Assembly (NCBI GenBank): GCA_030390025.1
Contig: CM059449.1
Coordinates: forward strand, 33,914,001 to 33,978,000
From: Squalus acanthias
Lineage: Eukaryota
DNA length: 64,000 nucleotides
Direction of reading: 5' to 3'
Numbering within the stretch: the stretch's first letter is position 1; each line of letters starts with the position of its first letter. Positions 13,764 through 26,140 of this stretch are shown in pieces. A model generated the notes under the pieces. The model was given only the letters and a program-made list of their open reading frames with translations, was not told the DNA's origin and did not search any database. Position numbers and translations under genes: made by a program.

Positions 13764-14400
13764 TTAGTTTGCTACTCTAACTCTGCATCTCTGTCCTACA
13801 TTATTCTTAGCGCATATTATACAACGGTGACAATACTTCGCCACCTCTCGACCCATCTTTGGCCACCACCAGTACTGTGTCAGTAGGTGCAACATGTTAC
13901 TTCTGCCGGTATGTGTTACACCATGGTACAGCCCCATCAGTTGTTGTCTACAACATTCCGATGTCACCACCTGGTTTCGTGGGCCCCATCTCCAAATTCC
14001 ATCTCGTAACTGTGCGCCAGCTTGTTTCCATCTCTCCTTTTCCTCTTTACTAGTATTTTCTTGTACCTCCACTATATTCACTTCCTGTACCCCACTGGCT
14101 GTCATGACCATATTTATCTCGTGTTTAAACGTGGCTAGTTTTGCGGCCAAATCTGCATACCGATTCCCTATGGGAGCCTGATCCTGAGGCTCCTATGAGT
14201 CCATGTCTACCTTCGTGTGGGCCTTTATTTTAATTACCGCGGTTTCTAAAGGTGCCTGTGTCGCCTTAACTAACCTTGCTATTAGCTTTCCATGTTTTAC
14301 TGCCTTTCCAATGTAGGTCATATAACTCCTTCTGTTAATAATCCGGATGCTGGGTTTATTCCAGTATGTTTTTGTATTAATACTGATCCATCCCTTGGTC
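13764..14400 (-). pseudogene. Second, divergent RNaseH C-terminus plus integrase Zn-binding module
   Basis: KIKAH..GNRYADLAAK, one in-frame stop, then YHGVTH..WWWPKM..CHRCIIC. Confidence 0.8.
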
Positions 14401-15437
14401 AGAGGATTGTTTCCCACTTTACTTTTCGGCAATCTGATATAGTTCTGTTTAAGAGCCCAAGGGGTTAATTTATCAAATCTTAATTTTCCTTCCATCACTG
14501 TGGGGAAATACTAACTTAAAATTAAGACACTTGAATTTAATAATGTCCAATATCTTTAAATTTCGTTCAGCCATACTAAAGTTGTTGCTTACAACTGGAG
14601 AAAAATTAGTTTTTTTCACATTTAAACAAATTGCTTCGGAGGATTCCACCATAGCAACCACGACTCCAAGGTTAAATCTTAGACTGAAACTTAATCTTTT
14701 GTTAAACAAACTTTTTGTTTTTCTTCTCAGTTTTTACACACCAGCTTAACTTAAATTGTAGTTTGAAGTTTTGTTTCAATTCTGGGTGCACAATCTTATA
14801 CACAAATTTACACCAACCAGAATTTCACCGTGGCCACAATGAAAGTCTGGTTTTAATAGGTTAATTCAGCTCTAACTCCAATTCAATCCAGATCAGTTTT
14901 TTTTAAAACTAACCAGTATCACTTGGAAAAGAAAAAAACACACTAACAAAGACACAATTACTCATGCCTTGTAAACATTCAAATTCATTTTCTTCCAGGC
15001 ACGTTGGCAACTGTGACTTCAAGGCTGAAGCTTATCTTTTGTAAAACAATTAACAAACTTAAAACAACACACTTGTCCGTCATTCAAGACAGGTCTTCAA
15101 AGGGTTAAACAGCTTTTAGCTCTCTGTACAAAAGAGTGGGTGGAGCTAAAACAAAACTGACTTCCGTTTTTTTAAAGACAGATTTTTAGACAAAAGAAAT
15201 ACTGTGACTTCTTAAACATTCACAGTCAGGAAAACTTTCACTCTTTAATACACACTTTTATACAAACTGAGATCCCAGCATTTTTTAATTTTTTAAGGTT
15301 GCTGTCACTTAGCAAATCTTGAGTTTTATTTGTCTCGGCACAAATATTAATAACTTCCATGTCGGTTTGTTTCCTGACTCATACCCTTTCTTAATCATCT
15401 TCCCTTGGTTAATTGTTGTCAGGGGTACGTCTCTTCC

Positions 15438-15762
15438 TCATTCCCGCAGAGTGAGACCGTACTTGCAACCTCCTTTGTGTAATAATAGTTCTTGTTCTAA
15501 TTCTAGAATTCTTTCATTATTACTTGCAAGTTTAGTGTGGAGTCGTTGTACCTTGTTTGTTAATGCGACTACTTGGTTTACTAGTATTACCCTCGCCTTT
15601 TTCGTCTTTTTCTGTTTTTGACCCTCTACCACTCTCTCTTACCTTCGGATTCTGGAGCGGGTCCCACCCCTCCTTCATCATCTTATCAACTAAACCCTTC
15701 TGGTCGTCTGCATAGAACATAGTAAGGGCACCATTCGTCCCTATTCTATTTCTTTCTACCAC
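15438..15762 (-). pseudogene. Probable gag N-terminal remnant
   Basis: First ORFs after PBS/leader; frameshifted, followed by a coiled-coil-like segment; no CA/NC motifs seen. Confidence 0.45.
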
Positions 15763-16242
15763 GCCATATATAGTCCAACTTACAGTCTTACCAAATACTG
15801 AGTTCCTCTAATCGGGTTAGTTCTTGATACCTTAAAAGACTTTAAGCGGTTACGTAGTCACAGCACACACACATATATTTATTGACTTCACGATTCCAGG
15901 GTGCTTTGGTTCTCTACGCCTACTTGATCCTGGCCATTACGTGGGGCCCAATCACCCTCTTAATTCCGGCTCAGGCTAGGTGTGTGAGACAGGCGCCCTC
16001 CTTGTCCGTGTCGATCAGTCAATTACTCATACCTTCGTGACATTTATCGCTACACAGTGTTCCCTTAGTACACATGATCCACACTCACACAACTGTGTTC
16101 TCATACCTCCAACAGACTTTCACTTGAATCGTGATGCTATGGAACTGCCTCTCCGCCGTCCCAAGCGATTCAATTTCTGGATGGTCAAAATTTGACTTCT
16201 CGTCTGGCTTCACTGGTACGGGCGGTCTTTCAGTCCCAGAGC

Positions 16243-16260
16243 ATCCTGCCGACTACGCCA
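16243..16260 (-). other. Primer binding site, tRNA-Ser
   Basis: TGGCGTAGTCGGCAGGAT 2 nt after the 5' LTR; complementary to the vertebrate tRNA-Ser 3' end ATCCTGCCGACTACGCCA. Confidence 0.9.
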
Positions 16261-16262
16261 AT

Positions 16263-16765
16263 TGTTGGTGAAAAATTAATTCACTCGAGTCTGTCTTAAA
16301 AGCAAAAGTTCACAGTTTATTATTCAGAGCGCTCCGGGAGAATTCAGAGTGCTCTGGGAGAAGCGTCACAGCCTGCGGTCTCATGACCCTCTTCTCAATC
16401 TAACAATGGCAGCCACGCTCCTTTATACACTTCCAAAAGCCAAAAAATATAAACATCAGCACAGTCATTACATCATAAGCGACTCGTATGGTCTCTAAAA
16501 ACAACTTGTTTAGAATTTTACAATGTTAGCGAAACTTATCCTTTACTTCTGCTTTTTGTAAGCCATCTGCGCTGCGAGGTTTCATTCTTACAAATATCTA
16601 TACTGCAGCCTAAGCAAGTTGGTCTTTATTTAATTATACCCCTGTCTCCATGCCTTCAGGAGACACTTTGACCTTTACTATAGTCCTTTAAGCAGTTCAA
16701 CTAATCTTAAACATTACAACTGATTTGCCCTTACATTATTACAATCAATTTTTTTAACTCTTACA
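16263..16765 (-). repeat. ERV 5' LTR
   Basis: 503 bp, TG..CA, with TATAAA and AATAAA on - strand; adjacent to PBS. Confidence 0.95.
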
Positions 16766-18101
16766 CAAGTTTACTCCTATCTTATGTCACAGGCAGAATC
16801 ATAATTTCCTGCCATGTTTAGGAATCGGAAAAGGAGAAAGTATAGGGCACAATCAGGGTAGAGAATTGAGGAAAAACAAGACGGCTAAAGCAATGGCAAA
16901 CTACTGAAGTTGGTTGTGGGTATTTAAATCCGCAATCTACTGAACAACACTCAATGATGAATTCGTTATTAAACAAAGTCAATAATTCATATTTTATTCA
17001 CAATATTTCATACTGTCCGTTCACGAAAAGAATCAATATAATTATGAAGGGACAATTTCATTGCTGCATCTATAGGCTGTTGCTGCAAATGTAATCGTCA
17101 TGGAGATGGTTATCGGTATCAGAGATATAAAAAAATACAAGTGGAACAGTGATTAGACACTGGCCTGTCACCTCGGTGATCTGGGTTTAATCAGCCGGTC
17201 TAATGGAGTGAAATTCTCTGATATGTGCTAGCTGCACGCGTTCTATGTGAAATGAGTCCATCAGGTTCCTCATGGGGTCAGGAATATAGCAGAAATGTGA
17301 CGCCAATTCATCGGCAATTCCACTCAAAGAGGTGACCTGATGGCTCGACCAGGAAAGGGGAACCTGCCACAATGGTGCTGCCAGGATACCCTCCTGTCTG
17401 GGTGTCTGTGTGTAACGCGGTGCTTTGCTCTGCAGAAATCTGACCTGGGAGGGATTCGGGCTGACAATGGGTGCGTGAAATGAGAAGGGATCCAATCCCG
17501 AGCCCCAGTAGCCCTCACCTTCATCACCAAGATGAAGACAACTTGAAACTGTAACGCACACATGTCTTTTTTCAATATGTGTTTAACATTACAATTCAAG
17601 GGGATGATCAAGAAATGCAAAGCTTGTATTTATTAAACACAAAAAGAAACATACCATCAAAGAAACTCGGTGCTTTAATGTTTAGCAAAGTGAAGCCCAG
17701 TTTTGGATTACTCTGTTCATTGTTCTGATGTGAGGTTGTTGCCGACGGCACCAATTATTACTGCACCACAAACAACAACTGTGAATGCTCAAGTCCCAGA
17801 AGGATCTGCACCACATAATTTACATCTTACAAAGACTATATTCTAAAAATAATCATAATGACATTCGAGCTGTTTTTATTGTGATGTTTGCAATACCATT
17901 GGGATAGAAAGTATCCCCTAATCAATATTGTCCCAAGTACAGGTACTTAATATGCTTATTCAAATAGCTGTAATTAATGTCGATTAATGTGTGATGTAAT
18001 TGTCTCAGGAGACCTCTTTCAGATATATATGAGGGATTCATCTGAACATATCTCGTCTGTGTGTCGTTAACAATAACAGGCTAAGTCGCTTCTCACAGAA
18101 A

Positions 18102-18171
18102 ATGGAAAGTCCAATACTTGCACAGATAGAAGAAATTTACTACCCTATTCTCGCGCTGCTTGGTGTTCCTG
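18102..18171 (+). CDS. GPR139/142-like GPCR exon 1
   Basis: MESPILAQIEEIYYPILALLGVP+G, then GTAAGT donor; phase 1 joins exon 2 to give the TM1 motif GVPAN. Confidence 0.85.
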
Positions 18172-19309
18172 GTAAGTCAGTATTCTCAGTTATTGTTTAT
18201 CTTTGCCAGTGTTTAACTGCTGCTTTACTGCTCTTTCTGTGTATCTGATAATGCCATCTGATCATTCTGATCTATTTGCTTTACAGCTACTTTTAATGGA
18301 TCAGTTAGATGAAAAAGGCATTAATTTCCCCAAATGCTGTTTTAAATGAATTACATCATGGAAACTACAGTTGTCTCTGAACTTTCAAAATCAGCATTCT
18401 GGCCGATTTTATTCTCCTGTAGTTTTGTGCTGAATAGTCCTCTTGTTGGCAGGTTGGAGGGGAGGCAAGACAGACGCCCACCCACGGCATTCCCAACACT
18501 AACCCGCTGAAGTTTCCTCCTGGAGCCCTCAGTAGCGATGCAATGCATTAGGAGGGGTAACGCAACTCCTTACTAGGCCCCACTACTGGGAAAGAGCGAC
18601 ATTTAGTTGTGATGCAACTTTTAAAAGGTTGAAACCAATTAAAGAGGGACATCACTTTTGGAGCTGCAGGAAGCAGAACTGCCCGAGTACCTTGAAGGGG
18701 CCGGAGGCTCTGGGCTGGGGGTCAACAGCAAGAAGGCGCTCAGATTCTCAGATGTATCTGTGCAGCTGTTGCTGGTTGAAGTCAGGGTGAGAAGTGTTTT
18801 GACGGGGTTTCTCCACCCACTGGCGGGTTTGCGGTGTGGTGGTCCTAACGCCACAAAGGGGCATTTTAATTTTCGCGATAGTGTAAAATGAGTGATACCG
18901 GAGGGGCCGCCCATTATACACCTCGCCCGATTCTCCTTTGCATTGACTTGGATTTTGTCTGCAGGAGGTTGTAGAAACATTCCTTTGTGATGCTGCTTCA
19001 GTACAAGAGACTCCAAAGTAGCCTGTTCTATCTCCTCCTCGTAACATGGGAATAGTGGGATTCCCATTGGGAAATGCATGTGTCCAGCCCAATACTGTAC
19101 ATTCTGCGGAGCTGACTAAAAGGAGCATTAAAAGTCTAGAAAGAACCTCCAGAGAACCAAAAAGTTAAAATCAACAGGCAGGCAAAGTGAAAGCAAACCT
19201 CAGCTGTAGCAAACATAACGGGCTGCTCAATGTGGGGTGGCCTCAGGGAACCAGTCGGCAGGTAATATCACCGTTATATAGAGCTGGTGATAAAATGGGA
19301 TCGATTTTG

Positions 19310-19514
19310 GGTCAAATGTTGCGGACAGTGGGCGTACTATTGACTTTGGGTGATAATGTAAAATGGGTGATATCGAATTGACCGCTAATTATAGGTCCTA
19401 CCCGATTTTCCTTTCCATCGATTTCAAACGATAGGGAAATCAGGCCTGGCGTATAATGGGCGGTGAATCCCATATCGCTCATTTTACACTGCGGTCCAAA
19501 ATTAAAGTTACCCC
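19310..19514. mobile_element. Short palindromic MITE (GGGGTAA..TTACCCC family)
   Basis: GTAAAATGGG..ATATCG / CATATCGCTCATTTTACAC inverted arms; many similar copies in window. Confidence 0.6.
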
Positions 19515-20207
19515 ACACAATGCAAGTGGTTTCCACCCCCGCTTTAGTAGAAGCGGGACCATCACTGCTCCATTTTCCTGAGTATTTACCCAAAAAGGAC
19601 CCTAATTAAGAATAAAATCCAGCCTCCTGTAGGTAAGTTTAACTTAGACCTCAGTGAAACGAAGGAACAGGAGGAGTGTATAACGGGCGGCCCACCGATA
19701 TCATTCATTTGGCCCTAGCACTGATAGTTCAAAATCGACTCCTTGTGTCGAGCCGAGTGCTGCAATCCCACCGTGAACAGATAATGCCGAGCTCGCAGTG
19801 TTTATTATTTTCAGGGTAGATGAGAAACAACAGTTTGCCGAAGACTCCCCAATACTAACCAGTCTGGGCCATTGCACTGCAGCAAACTCGGAGTAATGTG
19901 CTTCCTGCGCACCGCCGATGCAGCGCCAGCAATCCGTGTCCCATCACTAGTTCTTTTAACAATCGCTCCAGCTTTTTTAGATTTGGCAGCATCACTGCAA
20001 GTGAACTAATTGTTGAAAAGTGATGAAAGTATTTATACAGGTCATAACTGAATACCTATCTTTCTACTAATTACAATGTACTATATTTTATGGAGAATAA
20101 ATCTGATACATTACAGGAATCCCGCTGCCGAGGTGAGGAGCGGGCTGACTGGGGCAATGTGTCGATGCCCTCCAATCCAGTTTGAAATATTTTGATAGCA
20201 CATTATA

Positions 20208-20672
20208 GTGTCAGCTGTGGCTCAGTGGACAGCGCACTCGCCTCTGAGCCAGAAGATTGTGGGTTCACAGTCCCACTCCTGGGACTTGAGCACAGAAATC
20301 TAAGCTGACGTTCTTGTGCAGTGCTGAGGGAGTGCTGTACTGTCGGAGGTGCCGCCTTTCAGATGAGATGTTAAACCGAGGCACCGTCTGCTCGCTCAGG
20401 GGGACGTAAAAGATCCCATGGCCACTAATTCGAAGAGGAGCAGGGGAGTTATCCCCGATGTCCTGGCCAATATTTATCTCTCAATCAACATAACAAAATA
20501 ACAGATGATCTGGTCATTATCACATTGCTGTTTGTGTGCAAATTGGCTGCCACGTTTCCCACATTACAACAGTGACTACACTCTAAAAGTTCTTCATTGG
20601 CAGTAAAGCACTCTGAGACGTCCGGTGGTCGTGAAACGCGCTATTTAAATGCAAGTCTTTCTTTCTTGCTTC
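20208..20672 (+). mobile_element. tRNA-derived DeuSINE (SacSINE1-like)
   Basis: A/B-box-like head, Deu-domain core (GACGTAAAAGATCCCATGGC..CAAATTGGCTGC) and L2-type tail. Confidence 0.85.
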
Positions 20673-21327
20673 TTTCATTAGGTCACAACACTGTATCACT
20701 GAGAAACGTAGCTCTCGTTGGTCACTATAGGGGTGTAACACTAGGTTACCACCCAGCGCGCTGTTTGAATGTATTTGCTTCAAATACAGGATTGAATGTT
20801 AAGTGGTGATTAACATTATTACACGATTACACGTCCAAATCAAAATAAAGAAAGTTATTGGCGGCAAAGGCAAAAAGCGTCTCAATGTCTGGTTTACAGT
20901 ATCATTGATGTAATCTGTAAATAAACCATCGAATCTGTACGTTTCGTGTAATAAACTATGTGTGTTCACTGATTTATGTCTAAAGTTGTCTGCACAGTTT
21001 AATGCCAAATCATTGAATTAAACTCTAGAAGTTACCCAATTTCACAAGTTATAGTTTTCCTTTGAGGTAACTCAGGCAATAAATGATGTGACGTGGATGG
21101 ATACATAGTTATGTGTCCTCAGGATTTCCACTTTAACGTGGCACAGACAGTGAATGATTTGAGTGATTTGTAAATCAGCATAAATTATCACACGACTTTG
21201 TTGTTCGAATTTCTATTGATGTCTATAATCCTGATTTCTTTCACACCACCCCCCCCCCCTCACCCTCCAACCCCCACCCAACCAACCGCCAACCCTCACC
21301 TCACTCCCCCCACGACCCTATTTGCAG

Positions 21328-22217
21328 CAAACTTGGTGGCCATTGTGATTCTCTCCCGGGGAAAGTGCGGCCTCTCGAAATGCATCACTATTTATCTGGT
21401 GGCCATGGCAGCGGCAGATCTACTGGTCCTGATATTTGATGTGGTCCTGTATGAGATGAATGAAATTTATTTCCCGGATTCATTCCTGGACTACACTCCG
21501 GTCTGCAGTATGAATTTGTTCCTGATTTTTGCTTCTATTGAATGTTCTGTCTGGTTAACTGTCGCTTTCACCTTTGATCGATTTGTCGCCATCTGTTGCC
21601 AGAAAATAAGGACTCAATATTGCAACGAAAAAACTGCGGCGGTGGTTGTAGCAACCATATCGGGGCTGAGCATTTTGGAAAACATCCCCATTTACTTTAC
21701 TTTAGAACCTCGCGTAATAATTGACAATTTACCGTGGTTCTGTGATGTGAAATCAAGCTCCTATACTGTACCTATATGGGTTACATTCATATGGCTTGAC
21801 ATAGTTTTAATGCCTTTTATTCCGTTTCTTTTGATTCTGATATTCAATGGTCTCACCATCCGGCACATTCTTCTGACAAGTAGAATCAGGAGGGGTCTCC
21901 GAAGCAGCGACAGTGACCCAGAAATGGACAACCGCAGGATATCCATCGTTTTACTGCTTGTCATATCTGGCACTTTTATAATGTTATGGACGGTAACTTT
22001 TATTCATTATATCTGTGCACAAATTACAGAAATTCAATATTTGCACACAGATTACAGTAATCCTTTCACCATCATGGAACAAACTGGATATATGCTGCAA
22101 CATTTGAGTTCCTGCACAAATACCATTATTTATGCAGTGTCCCAGACTAAATTCAGAGAGGAGTTAAAGATTCTGATTCAATATCCCCTGTCTCTAATTA
22201 CTAAGTTAAGGAAATAA
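21328..22217 (+). CDS. GPR139/142-like GPCR exon 2 (7TM body)
   Basis: TTTGCAG acceptor; LVAMAAADLL, TVAFTFDRFVAIC, SSCTNTIIY..Q.KFR; intact to stop; spliced product ~319 aa. Confidence 0.92.
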
Positions 22218-22737
22218 TTGAAAGGTCTGAGTCTAACCAGAACTGACTACAGAGAATTGAGACTCGCTTCCATCTTAATTCAGCAACACGGGCAGCAGAC
22301 GATCAGCCGCCTTTTATTCGCCCAACACGATGTTACTTTCGGTAGAGTTTAATGGAGAGGAAAGTCGGAGTGGGGGTGGGGGGGGGGGGGGGGGGGGTGT
22401 AATGAGCGCCCGACCTGCTCCCGCCTGTTTTGCGCCGCGCCTGAAAGTGAATTTCACCCCCGGTCGGTGGAACTTTCCCCTCTGGCGGGAGCGAGGTCAA
22501 TGGAAGGAGATTCGGGCGGCGTTTATAAACAACAGGCGATCCAATTCTCCCCGTTTTACTCCACTCCGGCGTAGAAAGTTCGCTTAAAATATTCCCTAAA
22601 TCTATTTGTAGTTATGTGACATTTTAACTTTCAACATGCCGCTGGAGCCTGAAACGGGTTTGCAGATTGTCCACCGGTGATCGAAACCTTCTTATACTCA
22701 TTCCCATTGTAAACACAGGGTTAGCAGCAGAGATCCC

Positions 22738-23481
22738 GGGCCTGAATTTGCGGTAGGAGGCTTCCCGCAGGCGGATGCCTCCGAACTGCAATTAAGCTAC
22801 GCAGCTACCTGGAACCACGGAGACTCGCGCTCCTGGGCCTCTACCCGTACGCCTGCCTGGAGGACCACGTATCGCAGGGGCGCAATCGGTTCACAGGCGT
22901 CCCTGGGTTCACGTAGGCCAGCCCAACCAATCCGAAAAGGGATTCCCATTATGCTTATGGAGATTCTATTTACGTACAGATTCCCGATAAGTTTGGTAGG
23001 AATCACCGAAAATCACATGTACACAACCTTGAAAAAAAAATCGTTACACGTTTAAAATTAATTAAAATACAATTTCATTAAACAATTTCAATTTAAAACA
23101 AAAATGTAATTTTTTGAAATATAAATTGAAACAGTTCTAAGGAACCAAAAATAACACAAACTTATTTTACAGGTTTTGGAATGTTAAAACGATTCCAAAA
23201 AAAAAATGTGTAATATTTATTTTCACCCTTATGCTGGTAAAAGAAGACCGTGCGCCTGCTTTTACCAGTCATAAGAGTTTCATGGGCATTCGCTGAGCAA
23301 GATTTGGGCAAATAGCCAACTCTCCGCCCACGAATGTGCATTTCCTGCGCATGAATCTTGACAGTTCGCAAGTTCAGGATTTTCACGCATGCGCAGCCCA
23401 TGTGTAAACCTGGAACTTGCGAGGCACGAACGGCCACGTACACACCACGTACGCAGTCATAGGCGACAGAACAGCCAGGCT
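22738..23481. mobile_element. Harbinger-type MITE (related subfamily)
   Basis: GGGCCTGAATTTGCGGTAGGAGGC start; same GC-rich/AT-core/GC-rich layout as the other ~0.7-kb copies. Confidence 0.7.
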
Positions 23482-23983
23482 ATTATATTGGCCTCGCTCC
23501 CTTCAGTTACAGAGGAGAAGAGGCCTCGGAATTTGCTCCGGACCACTGTGTTGGCGATGCTGCTGGTGAAATGTGAGTGTGTGGACAGGATTGGGCTCGG
23601 CTGTGTTTCCAGTAATTGAACAGTGTTTCCACAGTCACTGTTTCTGCTCACAAGTGGAGACTGTTTACCTGAGGTCAATGTCGGAGCCAAGCTTTCAGGA
23701 GATGAGGGTAGAACATTGAAAATGAAATCAAGTTTGTGCTTATTAGGAATGTATTAATAGTAACAAAACTTATTTTTAAAATCCCTGGCGTGCCTTTATT
23801 CCGCACCGCTGTTATGTAATATCTAAAGCGCCAGCTTGTGCAATTGTAGATGAGATTTGACAAAGTTCCTTCAATGTTAAGCAAGTTAGTAATATTCTAA
23901 TAAAGTGACTGAAACATTAATCAGGGGTGAAATGTTGATGCCAATAGAGTTGTTTCAGTAATAAAGCAATTGATCCACGATGA

Positions 23984-24060
23984 TTATTCCTGCGTCTTCT
24001 TGGATCCAATGCAAATCTCACGATGGAAACTTTCAGGTTCTGTTGAAACAACATTGTAAT
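23984..24060 (-). CDS. MHC class I-like gene: terminal cytoplasmic exon
   Basis: Branch TTCTAAC, pyrimidine tract and CCTAG acceptor; phase 1 gives DYNVVSTEPESFHREICIGSKKTQE*; AATAAA on - at 23795-23800. Confidence 0.65.
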
Positions 24061-25501
24061 CTAGGGAGTGAAACACAAATGTTAGAAAATCCAGAGATGA
24101 TGGTGCAGAGCACAGTACAGAGAATGCACTGACTTGTTCATTAACTTTTCATGGTTCTTCCCCTTACATGTAGCTCAGTGGCAGTTAGTTTGGTGCACAG
24201 GAGCAGCGGGCCTAAAGGGCGGTCAATTCTCACAGCTCTCGCCCGGAGTAAATGGAGTAAATGGCCTCCAAATGGGGCCGGTAGCCTTATCCTCCCGCTG
24301 ACGTTGTGAAGGCTCCAATGAGTTCCACAGGGGATGGAACCGAAGAGACTTGCTTGTACTGCCGGGCTGCAGAGTCAGTATCGCCCAATTTAAACTACCA
24401 CCCACGGCAAATTTATACCCCCATGGGTGTCATTGTATTTGTTGGCGTTCATGTGAACAGGATATCGGATCGGGTATCTGTTATACACCTCCCAAGTTGT
24501 ACTTTCCGTGAAGTCTGAACGGACGGCTGATCCGATAACGCCTGTTTTACATTATCTCCAAATCTGAAAATGACTCCCAATGACTCTCCTCCCTGTCTTG
24601 CCCCTATGAAGGTGCCATGACCGCAGTAGACACGGGCAATATTTGCCCTAATGATGCACTCTGGGAACTCAAATCTGTCGGAAGGTGTTTAAAACCTGGG
24701 AGTTCTAGTCCACTTTGTAACCTTCTGATTATATTTCCATCTTTTACCTCATTGCCACTCGGAAACCATTTACATCTCCACCTTAGATTTGGTTTGAAGG
24801 AATATTCTGAAGGAGGCAGTCTCACTGTACTTCACCTGGTAGTCAGGTGGGGTCCTGAGTCTGGAATTCCACGAAAACATCCGGCGTTAAGCCAAACCAG
24901 TCCTTAGGGATCCAAAGGCTGCAGTGTGAATGTGGCTTATTCGAAGAGAAGGTAAATGTTCTAATGCAAAATCAGGAAGGTTATTAAACCTCTATCACTG
25001 GAAGCGGATTCCGCAGCCTTACAACCCTCTGTGAAAAGAATCGTCACCTACCCTCTGTTCTAAATCTCTAAAATTTAACCTGGTATCTATAAATCCTCCA
25101 GCTTGATCCTCAACTAATGGACACAGTCTGCTTCTATCTACCCTGAGTTATTCTTTCATCATTTTAAACACTTCTATTATATCACCCGTAATATGCATTG
25201 TTGAATAAAAATGCGCATTTTCCAAGTCTTTCTCTGCATTTGTGTTTCCTTCTTTCGGGCAGCATCTTAGTGAATCCACCTTGTAGCTTCTCGAAAGCTA
25301 AAGATCCCCCATATTGCGTGAAATTCAATACTGCACACATTGCTCTAACTCAGGTCTTACTAAGGTTTTATAGAGGCTCATAGTTATTAATTGGCTGTTA
25401 GGTTCTTTCCCTCCTGTGATTAAATATAGAATTCCATTAGTAAACTTTCCCTCGATAAAATTCCAGTTGTTCTTACACAAGTTAATAAATGAACCATTTT
25501 A

Positions 25502-25918
25502 ATCCCACTCCAGAGACTTGAGCACAAAAATCTAGACTGACACTCCAGTGAAGTACTAAGGAGTGCCACACTGTCGAGGGTGGCGTCTTTCGGAGGAGAC
25601 ATTAAATCGATGCCCCGTGTGCCTCTCAAGTGGACGTAAAAGATCCCATGGCACTATCTCCAAGAAGAGCAGAGAAGATCACTCCGGTTTCCTGGCCAAT
25701 ATTTATCCCGCATTCAACAACATTAAAAACAGGTTATCTGATCATTATCACACCGTTCTTTGTGGGAACTTGCTGTGCGCAAATTGGCTGCTGCGTTTCC
25801 TACATTGCAACAGTGACTGCACTTAAAAAGAAAGTACTTCATTGACTGTAAAGCGCTTTGGGACGTCCTGAGGTCGTGAAAGGTGCACGATATAAACGCA
25901 TTTTTTTCTTTTTTTCTT
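25502..25918 (+). mobile_element. DeuSINE, 5'-truncated
   Basis: Matches 20270-20670. Confidence 0.85.
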
Positions 25919-26032
25919 TATAACAGATATTTTAAATTCAAATATAATTCTGGGGCAGGACAAATGATGTTCTGCAAAGCCGCTGTGTAATAATTTTACA
26001 AACAAGAGTGTAACATTATTCACTCGCCTTAC

Positions 26033-26140
26033 CTCTCCATTTTCTCCTCCAAATATAGATTAACACGATAACATTAGCCAGCGATACCAGTACACACACG
26101 ACAATCAGCCCCACATGCTTGTCTTTCTCTACTTTTCCTT
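26033..26140 (-). CDS. MHC class I-like gene: transmembrane exon
   Basis: TTTTCAG acceptor, GTAAGG donor, 108 bp, phase 1-1; (E)GKVEKDKHVGLIVVCVLVSLANVIVLIYIWRRKWR. Confidence 0.85.

Larger units (their letters stand above)
9588..16765 (-). mobile_element. Endogenous retrovirus, internally deleted, class III (SnRV/ERV-S)-like
   Basis: Two 503-bp TG..CA LTRs; CAAGT TSD (9583-9587, 16766-16770); PBS, PPT, RNaseH, integrase and gamma-type TM remnants. Confidence 0.95.

Noticed and set aside
20208-20285. tRNA gene
   Set aside because: tRNA-derived head of a SINE, continuous with the Deu domain
21198-21327. Pro-rich N-terminal extension of the 339-aa GPCR ORF
   Set aside because: It is the C-rich intron end; the true N-terminus comes from exon 1 at 18102-18171
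22371-22398. G-quadruplex regulatory element
   Set aside because: Poly-G run inside a MITE; length unreliable and no evidence of function
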